DNA of 64,000 nt from Eledone cirrhosa (GCA_964016885.1 OZ024762.1:15624001-15688000); one strand, 5' to 3'. Numbered from the stretch's first letter, positions 1 through 13,822 are shown. Notes: a model not told the origin generated them from the sequence alone. Translations and numbers: made by a program.

Positions 1-17
1 CCAAAAGTAGAAAATTA

Positions 18-59
<42 letters not shown>

Positions 60-321
60 TAGTTCCACAACAGTTAGTTCACCATATATATATATATATA
101 TATATAGTCAGGACCCCGGCGGCTGAGCTCTTGCCGTTTCAACAGCTATTTCCAGACTGAGTATTGAGTACTCTGGTGAGTAATGGTCTAACCAGTTTCT
201 TACGGAATCCATGCCGATTTATATCTATCTATATATATATATATATATAGCAGGGAAAAGCGGATGTAAAATGATGATGATGATATATATATCTTTCTCG
301 TTATCTCTCTCCCTCTCTCTC

Positions 322-360
<39 letters not shown>

Positions 361-550
361 TACATAGGCATTGCTACTATTTAGTACCCCCTCCCCCCCT
401 CTCTGTTTTTGTTTCCTTTATGTAATAACATACACTTCCGTCAAATACCATTTTACTACTTTTCATCTTTGTCTAAGTATTTGGCTATCAGTCTGTCTGG
501 CTATCTCACACACTCTCTCTCTCTATCTCTCTCTCTATATATATATATAT

Positions 551-896
551 CATCATCATCATCATCATTTCATTTTACGTCCACTTTTTCCCTGCTTGCA
601 AGGGTGGGACGGGAACTGATACTGGCTTGATTTCTACAGCTGGATGCCCTTCCTAACACCAACCTCATTTACAGTGAGTACTGGGTGCTTTTATGCCGTG
701 GCACCTCCACGACCACTTTGCAGTGGAATGATAGGGACCCCAGTGCTATCATCTCATTTCTACAGCTGAGTAAACTGGAGCAATGTGAAATAAAGTGTCT
801 TGCTCAAGGAAATAACACATCACCCTGTCTGAGAATTGAACTCACAACCTTTCGATTGCAAGGCCAATGCTCTAACCACTAAGCCATGTGCCTCCA
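551..896 (-). mobile_element. tRNA-headed SINE family A
   Basis: Head TGGAGGCACATGGCTTAGTGGTTAGAGC...GAGTTCAATTC (A/B boxes), CCTTGAGCAAG core, GGAAGGGCATCC block, RTE-like tail with (ATG)n. Confidence 0.9.
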
Positions 897-916
897 TTAT
901 ATATATATATATATAG

Positions 917-1028
917 GAAAAGAGTCAGGACCCCGACAGCTGAGCTCCGGCCGTTTCGACAGCTAGATCTGAACTCGTTCATATGTCGGAACGGCCGTAG
1001 CTCAGCAGTCGGGGTCCTGACTCTTTTC
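917..1028. repeat. Foldback (hairpin) dispersed repeat; copies at 34276-34393, 23326-23432, partial at 107-150 and 7163-7225
   Basis: GAAAAGAGTCAGGACCCCGACAGCTGAGCT...AGCTCAGCAGTCGGGGTCCTGACTCTTTTC. Confidence 0.85.
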
Positions 1029-1115
1029 TTATTACCCACTCTGCTACCCCAAGTATCGAGTAATCTGGTGCATTATGGTCCACCTGGTTTCTTACCACAC
1101 TTTCTTTGTTTTATC

Positions 1116-1148
<33 letters not shown>

Positions 1149-4014
1149 GTCTGTCTGGCTAGACCTATCTACCTATCTATCTATCTTACGTCATTCTTTT
1201 TTTCAAATACCACTTTGGAAGAAGAATCAGGATGGAGAGAGAGGTGCTGTACCCCAGCAAGTTTTATGAAAGGTGGGTGAAAGTGGTGAGAATGGCCCGA
1301 GTGAATGGGCCTTCTCTCTATATCAGCCTGTAGGTTGAGGAAAAGGAGGAGGCGAGGAAAGGAGTACAAACTCTTCGTACTCCTGGAGATGAGGGTTGCA
1401 CATTTTTTTTTCGGGGGTATGTGTTACCCTTATAAACTGTCTCCCTCTATTGGGGAAAATCGACTAACTTTTTAAATTCCATTTGTGATAACATTTTACA
1501 CGTTTTTATTGTATGTAAACTTCCCCCTTTGTATTTGTCCCCTTCTTTTGTGCCCCTGTGGCTAATAAAGAAATATATCTATCTATCTTACGTCATGGTT
1601 GACTATATGGAATGACCAGTTCTATCCAGTGGTGAACCAACAAACCTAAATGAATATATATATCAGTCTGTCTGGCAATCTATCTATCTGTCAGGCTATA
1701 TGCCTATATATCTATTTATCTCTCTGTCTGGCTGTCTTCCTATCTCTGACTATCTTCCTATCAATCTATTTATCCGTCTGTCTGGCTATCTTCCTATCTA
1801 TGTATCTATCTATCTATCTATCTATCTAGCTATTGTGATAACATTTTACACGTTTTTATTGTATGTAAACTTCCCCCTTTGTATTTGTGCCCCTGTGGCT
1901 AATAAAGAAATATATCTATCTAGCTATGTGTCTAATTATCCATGTATCCAACCCTCTGTTTATTTATCTATCTGTTTGTAAGTCTATTTTTCTGTCTCTC
2001 TCTGTCTTAAAAACACCATATTTGACGGCTTTTTGAGCAGGCATTAAAAAAAATATATACATAAATGGGTTTAAACTACGAATATCAAGTGAAGGGTATA
2101 AAGTTTGTACATCGTATTTTTATCATTCTACATTGTAATCCTAGTTGTAATATTCTTGTACATTTAAAAAAAAAATAGGAAGTGTGAACATTTTATTGAA
2201 GGGCCACTGCAGCACTTGCGTAGATTGGAAAGAAATGAAGTCTGCTTGCTCCAATGGATATGTAATAGTAAGATACGTGAACGGCAAAGCATAAATGAAC
2301 TGAGAGAGAAACTAGGCATATTCTGCCTGTTCTTGTCAGGAGTTGTGATCAGCAAATAGTATCAACAATAGAAAGACCATAAAAATATTGTTTCCTTGGT
2401 CTGATCTCAAGAACAGCTCCTTTCTTCTGCCAGGAGTTGTGAATGACCAACAGAAATATTGTTTCTTTGGTCTGGTCTGATGTCCAGCTCCTTTCCTTTC
2501 TTCTGCCAGGAGTTGTGACCAACAGAAACATTGTTTTCTTGGTTTAATCTGACAATCAGCCCCTTTTTTTCTTTCAGTTATTGGAAGTTGATGTTTGCAA
2601 GAAAAATGTGCAGGGAATGGAAAGGAATTGCAGAGAACTGTGGTTCTGGGTTGGAAGAACTGGAAATTTATGGTTTATGTAGTGTCTGGGCTGAGTGAAT
2701 GAGAGTGTGTGTGGTGTGTGTATGTGATGTACCTGATGAGATAGTGGATTGGGTGTGCCTCAGCTGAAGTGGGGAGCAAGACCATCCATCATCTGGGAAG
2801 AGCAGAAATCACAGTAACATTTGTAAAAAAAAAAAAAAAAAAGTTTGTGTGTCAACCACTAGAGTGTGTTTGTAGTAGCAGGAAACATTAAACCAGTTAG
2901 TCGTGTGACATTTCTTTGGATTAATCAGCAGTAATACTAGCATATAGTTCACAATAGAGGTGAATATGAAGACATATATGATATGTTTATGTATAATAAA
3001 CATAGGAGAGAGTTTTGAGAGTCTCTCGCTATAAATGTTTTAACTCTTTAGCATTTAAACCAGCTGTACCCAGTCAGCATTCTCTCACCTCTTTCTCTTC
3101 AAACTGGCCATAACCGGTCCCTCATACCAGCGTAAAGGTATTGTTCTCAAAATAAATAATGATTTCTACTATAGGCACAAGGCCAGCAATTTTTTTTTGG
3201 GGGGTGGGGAGTCGATTAAATCGACTCCAGTGCTTTAATTATTGACCCAGTAAGGATGAAAGGCAAAGTTAACCTTGGCGGGATTTGAATTCAGTATGTA
3301 AAGGGACATAACTCTATGCTGCAAAACATGTTGCCCAACGTTCTACCGATACTGCCAATCCAAATATCAAAATCTCAGATTCGATATTATGTGAAATAAT
3401 TATATGAGATAAAGTGTTTACCATGAAAATTCAATAGTATGTATAGAGTAATGTAAAAGGTAAAGGGTTACGCTGTGATTATGTTACAGCTATTTCAGTA
3501 GTCGGCATGAATATCATACATATATTTCTGGATGTTTATCTGTCATCAGTAACATTTACTCAGTCGGTACTGAGACAAGAATAAGCTAAAGCTTATATGC
3601 TTTTCTTTTCTCTCTCTTTTTTTTTTTTGCAAATAAAACATCGACTGGAGAGCTCATTTGCATATATTGTAAATAAAACATTGGCTGAGAGCTCATTTGC
3701 ATCTCTTGATCAGCAGGGATTAATTAACAGTGGCACTAACATAGAGTGGTTCATAATAGAGGTGTTTATGATGGTCTATACAATATTTATGTATAACAAA
3801 ACATACAAGAGTCTCACTATGAATATTTTAAGCTGTGATCAAATCACATCTTAAAATATTCTTTGGGTGTCTTTGTGTTTAGCAGCATCAGTCACTCCAG
3901 GTAGAGCCACTACTTCTCTGAATTGAGAGATCACAGCTAGAATGGCTCAGGAAAGAATCATTGGACAGATTTTACGAGCAATTCTAACAGGTAGGAGACC
4001 CAGGGGTAGACATA

Positions 4015-6320
4015 CGGTGTCTTGCCAGATTGACTTCTTATTAGTTAGGCAGCGGGACAGGCAGATGGTGTCAAATACCAAGACAAACCCTGGGGAAGAA
4101 TGTACCCCACAGCATAGATTAGTCGTTAGTGATATCTCAGTAAGCAAGAGATGGAATGAGACATACAGGAAGGTGTGGAGAAGAAAGGTCTGGAAGCTAA
4201 AAGACCTTTCACTAAAATACAAATTTAGGAAAGCCCTTCAAGATGTGTATGACGAAAAAGAAGACGATTTAGAGTCGTATGACATAAATAATAACTGGAA
4301 TTTCTTATGTGACAACTTACTGCAGGCTACTGATGAAACTTGTGGCTGGAGCAGAGCTCAAACCAGACAGAGAGTAACCTGGTTGTGGAACAGCACAGTA
4401 GATAAGGCCATTAGAGAAAAAAGACTAGCTTGGAAAAAGGGTGGGAGTAGAGAAGGATATACAGCCGCTAAGAGAGAAGCTAGACGTCAGGGTGTTCCAC
4501 ATTGCAAGGCTGTGTGTCAATGCAAATCAGGATGTTGTTGGAGATAAATGTGTCCGGAATAATGCCGGTGTACTTAGTGTCACGAATGATCAGAAAAAGG
4601 AGGTCTGGAAATGTCATTATGAGAGACTGATGAATGTGGAGAACGAATGGGAGAGAGAGAAATTACACTCAGTAGATCCGACAGAGAGACCAGCTATTGA
4701 CGAATATAGGGTCCAAGAAGCGATTAAGGAATTGAAAAATGGTAAGGCTGCTGGACCGTCGGGGATAGTTGCTGAGATGCTGAAGGCAACGGGGCGTAGG
4801 CACTAAACTGGTTGCACGCATCATCAATCAGGCTATATATGGTGGTGTCATACCCAATGACTGGTGCAGCAGTATTCTCATAAATTGCTACAAAGGTAAA
4901 GGGGGATGCTCTGGAGAGGAGCAATTATAGGGGTATAAAACTGATGGATCAAGTTATGAAAGTGGCAGAAAGGATATTAGCACAACTAATTAGAGAAAGG
5001 ATCAAACTAGATGAGATCCAGTTTGGTTTTGTGCCTGGGAAAAGTACAACAGATGCCCTTTTCTTGGTGAAACAATTACAAGAGAGGTTCTTAGAGAAGA
5101 ATAAGCCACTATACTTAGCCTTTGTTGACCTAGAGAAGGCCTTTGATAGGGTACCCCGATCTGTCATCTGGTGGTCCCTAAGGAAACTAGGTGTTGAGGA
5201 CAGTGCAAACTTTGTACAGAGGTACTGTCAGTAAAGTGAGGCTAGGAATGGAGTTTAGTGAGGAATTCCAGATACAAGTAGGAGTACATCAAGGTTTGGT
5301 CCTCAGCCTGCTCTTTTTCATTATAGTCCTCCAAGCCATAACAGAGGAGTTTAAGACTGGCTGTCCATGGGGACTACTCTATGCTGACGATCTGGTTCCT
5401 ATAGCAGAATCAGTAGAGGAGCTAGAGAATAAATTCTGGCTATAGAAACAGCAGTTGGAAGCAAGAGGACTGAGATTGAACCTAGCTAGGACAAAAGTGT
5501 TGATGAGTAGAAAAGAGGACAAAACTCTGATTCTGTCAGGGAAATGGCCATGTTCGATATGCAGAAAAGGAACTGGCATAAATTCTATAAAATGCACACA
5601 ATGCAGATCCTGGGTACACAAGAGATGTAGTGGGATAGCAGGCAAACTAACTGGTAGGGAGTAATAAGTATGCAGTAGATGTACAGGGAAATTAGAGAGT
5701 AGAAGTCGCATTGATAGACACATTTTTCAAATGCAGGGGGGTGCTATAGAAGTGGTGGATAGCTTCTGGTACCTCGGTGATCAGATTAGCATGGGAGGGG
5801 GGTGTTCCGAGGCCATAGTATCTAGAATAAGGACGGGTTGGAAGAAGTTTAGGGAGCTGCTGACGAAGAAGGGTTTCTCCCTGCGTACGAAAGGCCGGTT
5901 ATATGATGCCTGAGTAAGGAGCGCAATGCTGCATGATAGTGAGATATGGGCAGAGGATATGCGACGGCTGGAGAGAAATGAGGCAAGCATGCTCCGTTGG
6001 ATGTGTTGAGAGAGAAACTGTGTCTGAGAGGGATAGAATGTAGTGTGCGAGAGAGGAGACTGCGGTGGTATGGACATGTGATGCGCATGGAGGATGACCA
6101 ATGGGTGAAGAAGTGCCAGGAAATGCCAGTTGAAGGAAGACGTGGTAGAGGTAGACCACGAAAAACATGGGCAGAGGTGGTGAGAACAGACCTCAGATCG
6201 CTGAAGCTCACGGTGGAGATGACGAAGGACCGTGACAAGTGGAGAGATGCTGTGCTGAATAGGACCCGTCCCACCCTTGCAAGCAGGGAAGAGCGGACGT
6301 AAAATGATGATGATGATGAT
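4015..6320 (+). mobile_element. 5'-truncated, decayed RTE-clade LINE (end of APE, RT, Cys-rich finger)
   Basis: QIDFLLVR, GKAAGPSG, QFGFVPGKST, AFVDLEKAFDRVP, GVHQG, LLYADDL, WPCSICRKG...WVHKRC, RLRWYGHV, RGRGRPRKTW. Frameshifts and stops present; (ATG)n tail. Confidence 0.93.
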
Positions 6321-7459
6321 GCCTGGTGGTGGATGAGGAAGATGAGTGGAGTTGAAGAGTGGTGGTAGTGGTGGTGATATGGCAAAAATTCCATTAACCA
6401 CACAACCTCCTTCCCTCTCATCCACTTACCTTATCTCTACCCCTCTCTCCGTCTACCGATGCTTTAAAATGTTTTGGTACCTCTGCATTATATCAGCACA
6501 CAATAATAATACTGATGCCAATAATAATTCTAAGTGTATCATATAATGGTGCCTGTATTATGTATATGGAAACACTAATGTAGTTGTCTTAGTCTACTTT
6601 TCTCTCAGTCTATCTATCTAAACATCTTAGCACCATGTTATTTTCTGTTTTCTAGTTTGACTTTTATTGCTCACTAAACTCTAAAAATATGTTAACAGTA
6701 ACTTGCTTGTATATATATATATAGTAATAATAATTGTTTCTACTTTTGGCACAAGGCCAGCAATTATCAGTGTATCACTGGTACTTTATTTTATCGACCC
6801 CGTAAGGATGAAAGGCAAAGTTAACCTCGGCGGGATTTGAACTCAGAATGGCAAGGGCCGTAACTCTATGCGTCAAGAAGACTAAAATCCAAAGAGGGCT
6901 CGATAAGGATAAATATATATCAAATATATAAGAACCCTAGAGCAAATATTTATTAAAAGCTTAAAACAGATTAAAGTTTAAGCAAAGAATCGTTGCTTTC
7001 ACCCTTAACGGGATCTTCTGAAACTGTTTCAGAAGATCCTGTAAAGAAACCACTGGTAAATGAAATAATTGCCTTATGTTGTTTATTACATAACTATTAA
7101 GCTCTGTTACCTACATAGAGCACTCTTTTTTTCCGACGGAATTACTTCATTTATATATATATAGGAAAAGAGTCAGGACCTCGACATTTGAGCTCCGGTC
7201 GTTTCAACAGCTAGATCTGAACTAACTCAGTAGTGTTAGGACAGTAGTAATCTAGCTGAACTTTTCAAGGGGTACAGTCCTGGTTCCTTACCACACTTCT
7301 CTGTAAAGTTATATATTTATATAGTTATGTAAGCAATGAGTTATTTAATTTGTTGATTATTCAAAAAATTTAGTTTATAACAGGTTAGAAGCACTCAACA
7401 GTTTTTTTATGGAGTATAATATCAATAATATTAATAAATGGAAGACGTACATACAGACA

Positions 7460-8038
7460 TCTATATATATAAAAGCAAGTCGGTCTGTGTGTGTGTGTGT
7501 GTGTCTGTCTGTACAAATACTAGGCTCCTTTTAACTATTGTAGTACCAGGCCGATTTGGTACGTGCTATTGAGGCGACCTCATTGGCTAGCCCATAAGCT
7601 GACGTGCACTCAGAAATTGCTAGCTAAGCCATAAACGACCTTGAACAATTCGCCCGATTGAAGGTCGCGATTTCTAAGCTGACATGCACTCAGAAATTGT
7701 TAGCTAAGCCATAAACGACCTTGAACAATTCGCCCGATTGAAGGTCGCGATTTCTAATTGGACTACGCACATTAGTCAACGTGGCTGAACATATACCGTT
7801 CATATTCCTGTGAGAAATACGTTTGATAGCACGACGTTACTCGCGTCAATTAACTCAAGCTACCCCATGAATTGTTTTTATGTTGCCGTTTATTTCACTC
7901 AATCATGTCACTGTACACCCATTTTGTTAAACTTGTTTTTACAATTACATTTCAATTCTTTGCTCAACCTTTGGCTCTCTTTATACGGACAAACAGGCTG
8001 TCATTCATTTCCCGAGCAACGCCGGGTACATCTGCTAG
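7460..8038 (+). mobile_element. Non-autonomous Helitron
   Basis: A|TCTATATATATAAAAGC 5' end, (GT)n, 3' hairpin CCCGAGCAACGCCGGG then CTAG|T. Internal 80-bp tandem duplication 7595-7757. Confidence 0.85.
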
Positions 8039-8156
8039 TATATATATATCTGTATGTATGTCTTTCTAGCCATTTTACTCCAATTATTTCTAGTTGGGAT
8101 TTGATTTTATTAAAAAAAAAGCTTTCTGCTTTAAATATGTAAACGTTTACATTATT

Positions 8157-8272
<116 letters not shown>

Positions 8273-9160
8273 CATCATCATCATCATCATCATCAGGTTT
8301 AGCGTCCGTGTTCCACGCTTGCATGGGTTTGGACGGGGGTTTTCCCACTTGAGGCAAGAGTGGTTGTCTTGCTCGCATAGGACTGTCTGGCGGGTTTTCT
8401 ACAGTTGGATGCCCTTCCTAACACCAACCACATTTACAGTGTGGGGCTGGGAGGTTTTTACCGTGTTGCCTACACGGCCACATTACAGCGTGGACTGTCT
8501 GGCGGGTTTTCTACAGCTGGATGCCCTTCCTAACACCAACCACATTTACAGTGTGGGGCCGGGAGGTTTTTACCGTGTTGCCTACACGGCCACATTTACA
8601 GCGTGGACTGTGTGTTTTTTGTCGTGACACCTACACGATCTCATTTGTTTCGGCCTGGATGTTGTGGGGCCAACATAACTTTACATTGAAAGGGGCGGTG
8701 TGGGTGGGGTGGAGGTGGAGGTGGTGGGACGGGGGTGTGTTTTGATAGAGGTGCCTACTGACTGTAGTAGGTTTTTACTTTGTATTTAGGTAAGGCGGGT
8801 CTTCTCTATTACTGAGTACCGCCAAAGGTCTCGGTCCAGTGACATTGTCTTGGAGAGGTGTAAGCGTGTGAGGTCGGAAATTATCAGCTCGTCCCATGTT
8901 TTTCTGGGTCTGCCTACTCCGTGGCTACCGTCTATCTTTATTGCCCTGCACTTTGTTATACAGCTGTCGTCTTTCATGCGCATCACGTGACCGTACCAAC
9001 GTAGCCTTCTCTCGAGTAAACAACATCTGATCCCTCTTATTTCTAATTTTTTCCTTAGTTCGTTTATGCTTTGCCGTTCACGTATATTACTATTGCACAT
9101 CCAGCGGAGCATGCAAGCTTCGTTCCTCTCTAGTCTGCGTATATCCTCTGCACACAATGC
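8273..9160 (-). mobile_element. RTE-type LINE 3' fragment with long 3' UTR (second family)
   Basis: ORF 8786-9157 RRLRWYGHVMRM...GRPRKTW followed by ~500 nt UTR and (ATG)n tail. Further pieces near 11588-11810, 12820-13110, 20150-20315, 35048-35530, 37426-37590, 39231-39668. Confidence 0.85.
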
Positions 9161-9500
9161 ATATATATTAATAAATGGAAACTATATTTATAAAACCATA
9201 ATTATTTTATTATATATATTTCAAGGGCGACCAAGGTAAATTATGGTGCGCTTTCATCAGATAATATATATATATATATAGAAAGATTTGAATGGATACA
9301 GTTTAGTTGAAAGGAATTTATTGACACGTGTTTCTATAACAGTTACATAACCTAAAACAGCTGCTATCATGGTGGGACGGTGTATATATATATATATATA
9401 TATATATTTTATATATATATACACCGTCCCACCCTTGCAAGCAGGGAAAAGCGGATGTAAAATGATGATGATGATGATGATGATGATGACAGGCACACAC

Positions 9501-9847
9501 ATCATCATCATCATCATCATCATTTTACGTCCGCTTTTTCCCTGCTTGCAAGGGTGGGACGGGAACTGATGCTGGCTTGATTTCTACAGCTGGATGCCCT
9601 TCCTAACACCAACCTCATTTACAGTGAGTGCTGGGTGCTTTTTTGCCGTGGCACCTCCACGACCACTTTGCAGTGGAATGATATGGACCCCAGTCCCTAT
9701 CATCTCATTTCTACAGCTGAGTAAACTGGAGCAATGTGAAATAAAGTCTCTTGCTCAAGGAAACAACACATCACCCGGTCTGAGAATTGAACTCACAACC
9801 TTTCGATTGCAAACCCAATGCCGTAACCACTAAGTCATGTGCCTCCA
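9501..9847 (-). mobile_element. SINE family A
   Basis: Near-identical to 551-896. Confidence 0.9.
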
Positions 9848-9973
9848 TTATATATACATATACATGTGGGTAATAATAATGTTTGGTTTGTTTGTAAACA
9901 AACGAACCGATTCGAAGGTGTGCCCTGTTGGTGACCGATTGTCACCTGTTTATTTAACACTGGCTTTGAGGAA

Positions 9974-10014
9974 CAATCAACATGTTTCTGGGTCATTACC
10001 CTTCATCAGGACTG
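9974..10014 (-). ncRNA. Minimal hammerhead ribozyme motif (palindromic stem III)
   Basis: cagtc CTGATGA a gggt-aatg-accc a GAAA catg TT gattg. Confidence 0.7.
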
Positions 10015-10172
10015 TATACCTCTGCCAGTCTGTTGAACGGTTGGAAATATATAGTATTTTCTTAAGTACACATCGGCTGAGTAGCCTCATTTGCATACCG
10101 AGTGAGTTATAACTGGCCTTGTCGAATATTAAAAAATATTAATATATATATATATATATTTAATATAGAAAA

Positions 10173-10221
10173 GCTTCTACAGGACTAGAACTGTTTCATT
10201 CGTGAGAAATCATCAGGAAAC
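10173..10221 (-). ncRNA. Hammerhead ribozyme motif with looped stem III
   Basis: gtttc CTGATGA t ttc-tcac-gaa t GAAA cag-ttctagtc-ctg TA gaagc. Confidence 0.7.
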
Positions 10222-10733
10222 TGACTGTCCAAGTAAATATGGTGGTATTTATATCTTTTCTGGTGGTAGGAGAGGGTGGTGATAGGGATGGGTGGAGGTC
10301 GTTAGTTGATGGGTTTAAAGGATTCTTTCTGCCTTTGTCACTCTAAATATAAATTATATCTTTAAAGAATTAGCCTTTAACGAATTCCCTTTTCGTTAAA
10401 CCCATCAACTAACGATCTCCACCCATCCCAATCCCCACCCTCTCCTACCACCTGAAAAGATATAAATACCACCATATTTACTTGGACAGTCAGCTTCCTG
10501 ATGATTTCTCACAAATTTCTAGTCCTATAGAAGCTTTTCTATATTAAACATTTATACTCTGCACTGTATTGAGTACCTTACTTACTGTGGTCACCCGCGA
10601 TTGAACCTGGGATAAACTTATATTCTGTTATACACAGAGTGTCCACAAGAAATGTATACACACTTTGATTACCTGTAGAGGCAATATTTATGAAATGTTG
10701 AAGTGTGCATATAGTATACATATATTTTTGGGA

Positions 10734-10790
<57 letters not shown>

Positions 10791-10962
10791 TTTATTCATT
10801 GATTTATTCATTGAACCTTGTTTAACCTTTATATATATATATGTGTTTGTCTATATTGTTTTTTTCTTATATATATATATATAAAACTTTATTCATTGAT
10901 TTATTCATTGAACCTTGTTTAACCTTTATATATATATATGTGTTTGTCTATATTGTTTTTTT

Positions 10963-11016
<54 letters not shown>

Positions 11017-11037
11017 TGTCTATATCATTTTTTTTCT

Positions 11038-11082
<45 letters not shown>

Positions 11083-11955
11083 AATTTTGTGTATATATAT
11101 ATATATATACACACAAAATTTTTTTTATTTTTTGTTCCTTACGTTTCAAATAAATCTATCTTTCCCACCCATTTGATAGGATTAATGTTATTTATATATA
11201 TAACCTTCGGAGGTTGTATATAAAACTAGGCTCGACTGCTGCTGAATATTTTCGTTTCACTCTATTCTCTAGCAAGGTTGTATATAAAACCACTCTTTGT
11301 TTCGTTTCCCTATCTATGTCAAGAATTATGTCAAGGTTATATTATATAGATGTGTGTTGTTCCGTTTCGTCATAGTTAGTGCCTCTGGTTATCTTACATC
11401 GCCCCCCCCCCCCTCTCTCTCTCTACCTACCTACCCGGCAATGACTAGATTTTACTTGAAAACAGAATAAAAAAAACAACAGCCAACTCTATTCACCACA
11501 CGACCAGCCTGCCTGTCTCTCACTCTCAGAGCACGACTGTATCAGTCATCTTGCTATTAACCATAACAAGCCCTGATAGTGGTTTATATCATCATCATCA
11601 GCATCATCATCATCATCGCTTAACGTTCATCTTCCACGCTAGCATGGGCTGGACGGGTTTGTCCCACTTGCAGCGAGATTGGTCAGGAGACCTGTCTCGC
11701 TCGTACAGAACTGTTTCTAGCAGGTTTTCTACGTCTGGATGCCCTTCCTAACACCAACCACATTTACAGTGTGGACTGGGAGCCTTTTTACCGTGTCTCC
11801 TACACGACTAAATTAAATATATATATATATATATATACACACACTCACACACATACATACTTACATATGTATATACACACACATCTGTAAAGTTATATAG
11901 TTAATATGAAGCGTATATATATATAGAGAAAGAGGCATATATGCATGCGAATCTA

Positions 11956-11991
<36 letters not shown>

Positions 11992-12119
11992 AGTATACAC
12001 ACGTACACAAATATATATGTGTGTGTGCATGTGCATATTTACATTTATGTATCAGCTGTGCTAGGGTGAGAAATAAAATTCTAATCTAAGCAGGGAAAAA
12101 CGGACGTAAAATGATGATG

Positions 12120-12163
<44 letters not shown>

Positions 12164-12515
12164 AGGGTGGGTATAATTCCCGAGATCCATGGACGAGTTC
12201 TCTCCAGCGGCCTCTGTCCCTCATTATCGCTGCCATGTCCTGCTGTCTCCAACAGACCAGTGTCTGTCCTTAGGGCATCAACATACGTTAACCTTGGTCT
12301 TCCTCTTCCAGTGTGTCCATGTATATATGTGAAAGGTAAACAGAAATAACAACACAATCGGTATAAGGAAGGTATATTTTGATTATGTGAATGTATCCAT
12401 TTATTAATATTTTGAATAATATTAATAACTCCAGAAAACTTCATTGTTGAGTGCTTTTAATCTATTGTAAAACTATATTCATTGAATAATCAATGAACCT
12501 TGTTTAACATTTGGT

Positions 12516-12552
<37 letters not shown>

Positions 12553-13127
12553 ATGTAAAAGGTAAACACAGTATATGGAAGGTAGATATTAGGTTAACGC
12601 TTGATATAGCAGGAAGAGGGTCTTAACGTTTCGGAGGCTAGTCTTTCATCAGAAGAAAGAATGAGAAATACGATAGATTGAAGGGACGGGAGGGTTGGAA
12701 TTGGAAAGATATGTAAAACGCAATGACAATCCAAATGTCAATGGCATAGTATTAGGGATATGATAAATAGCACCCAGTCCACTCTGTAATGTAGTAGTAC
12801 TGGTGCCATGACAAAAACCACCCAGTCCACTTTACAGTGTGGACTTTACAGGGTGTTAGGGCATGGGAGGTGTTTGGAAGAGGAAGGATAGTGGTTAAGT
12901 GGTACACACTAGATGTATGTTTCAATCTGTGCTCATGGGAAGGCAGGTCTTCTGTATTATTGCATAACGCCAAAGATCTCAATCCTATGTCATTGCCTTT
13001 GAGAGGTGCAATTGTGCAAGGTCAGCTTTTATCACCTCATCCCAAGTTTTCTTAGGTCTTTTTACTTCATAGCCTACATCAACTTTGATCACCTTGCATC
13101 TTGTTATACATAGGTATATATATATAG

Positions 13128-13400
13128 TGGAGGCATGTGGCCTAGTGGTAAGGGTGTTGGACTTACGAGCATAATGTCGTGGGTTCAATTCCTGGGTTGT
13201 GTGTTGTGTTCTTGAGCAAAACACTTCATTTCACGTTGCTCCAGTATACTCAGCTGAAAATGAGTACCAGCAATGGCTGGGAGTTTAACCCTAGCATCCT
13301 GTCCAGGAGGGAATCTTGTACTCTCAGTTGCTTCGTGCCATGAAACCGGGATAAGCGTCAGCCAAATGGGCTTTCTGGCTTAAGATAGACTTTAGACTTT
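13128..13400 (+). mobile_element. tRNA-headed SINE family B (second copy ~41920-42180 on minus strand)
   Basis: GGAGGCATGTGGCCTAGTGGTAAGG...GGGTTCAATTCC head, CTTGAGCAAAACACTT core. Confidence 0.8.
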
Positions 13401-13404
13401 TTAT

Positions 13405-13822
13405 ATCATCATCATCATTTTACGTCTGTTCTTCCACGCTAGCATGGGTTAGACGGGTTGTCCTGTTGTGGGCAGTAGCCGGTCGGCTGACCATGCCTTG
13501 CTCATATGGGAACTGATTCTGGCTTGATTTCTACAGCTGGATGCCCTTCCTAACACCAACCTCATTTACAGTGTGTGCTGGATGCTTTTTTGCCGTGGCG
13601 CCTACACGTCCACTTTACAGTGTGGGCTGGGTGCTTTTTTGCCGTGGCGCCTACACGTCCACTTTACAGTGAGTGCTGGGTGCTTTTTTGCCGTGGCGCC
13701 TACACGACCACTGTCCAGTGGAATGATAGGGACCCCAGTCCCTATCATCTCATCTCTACAGCTGAGTAAACTGGAGCAATGTGAAATAAAGTGTCTTGCT
13801 CAAGGAAACAACACATCACCTC
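13405..13822 (-). mobile_element. SINE family A, head-truncated, alternative tail
   Basis: Family A body with an internally triplicated ~45-bp block and the CCCATGCTAGCGTGGAAG tail. Confidence 0.8.

Noticed and set aside
3942-4010. ATG...AG|GTAGG as HIF-alpha exon 1
   Set aside because: Donor would be phase 1 (phase 2 needed), and RMAQERII...GRRPRGR looks like an RTE C-terminal remnant.
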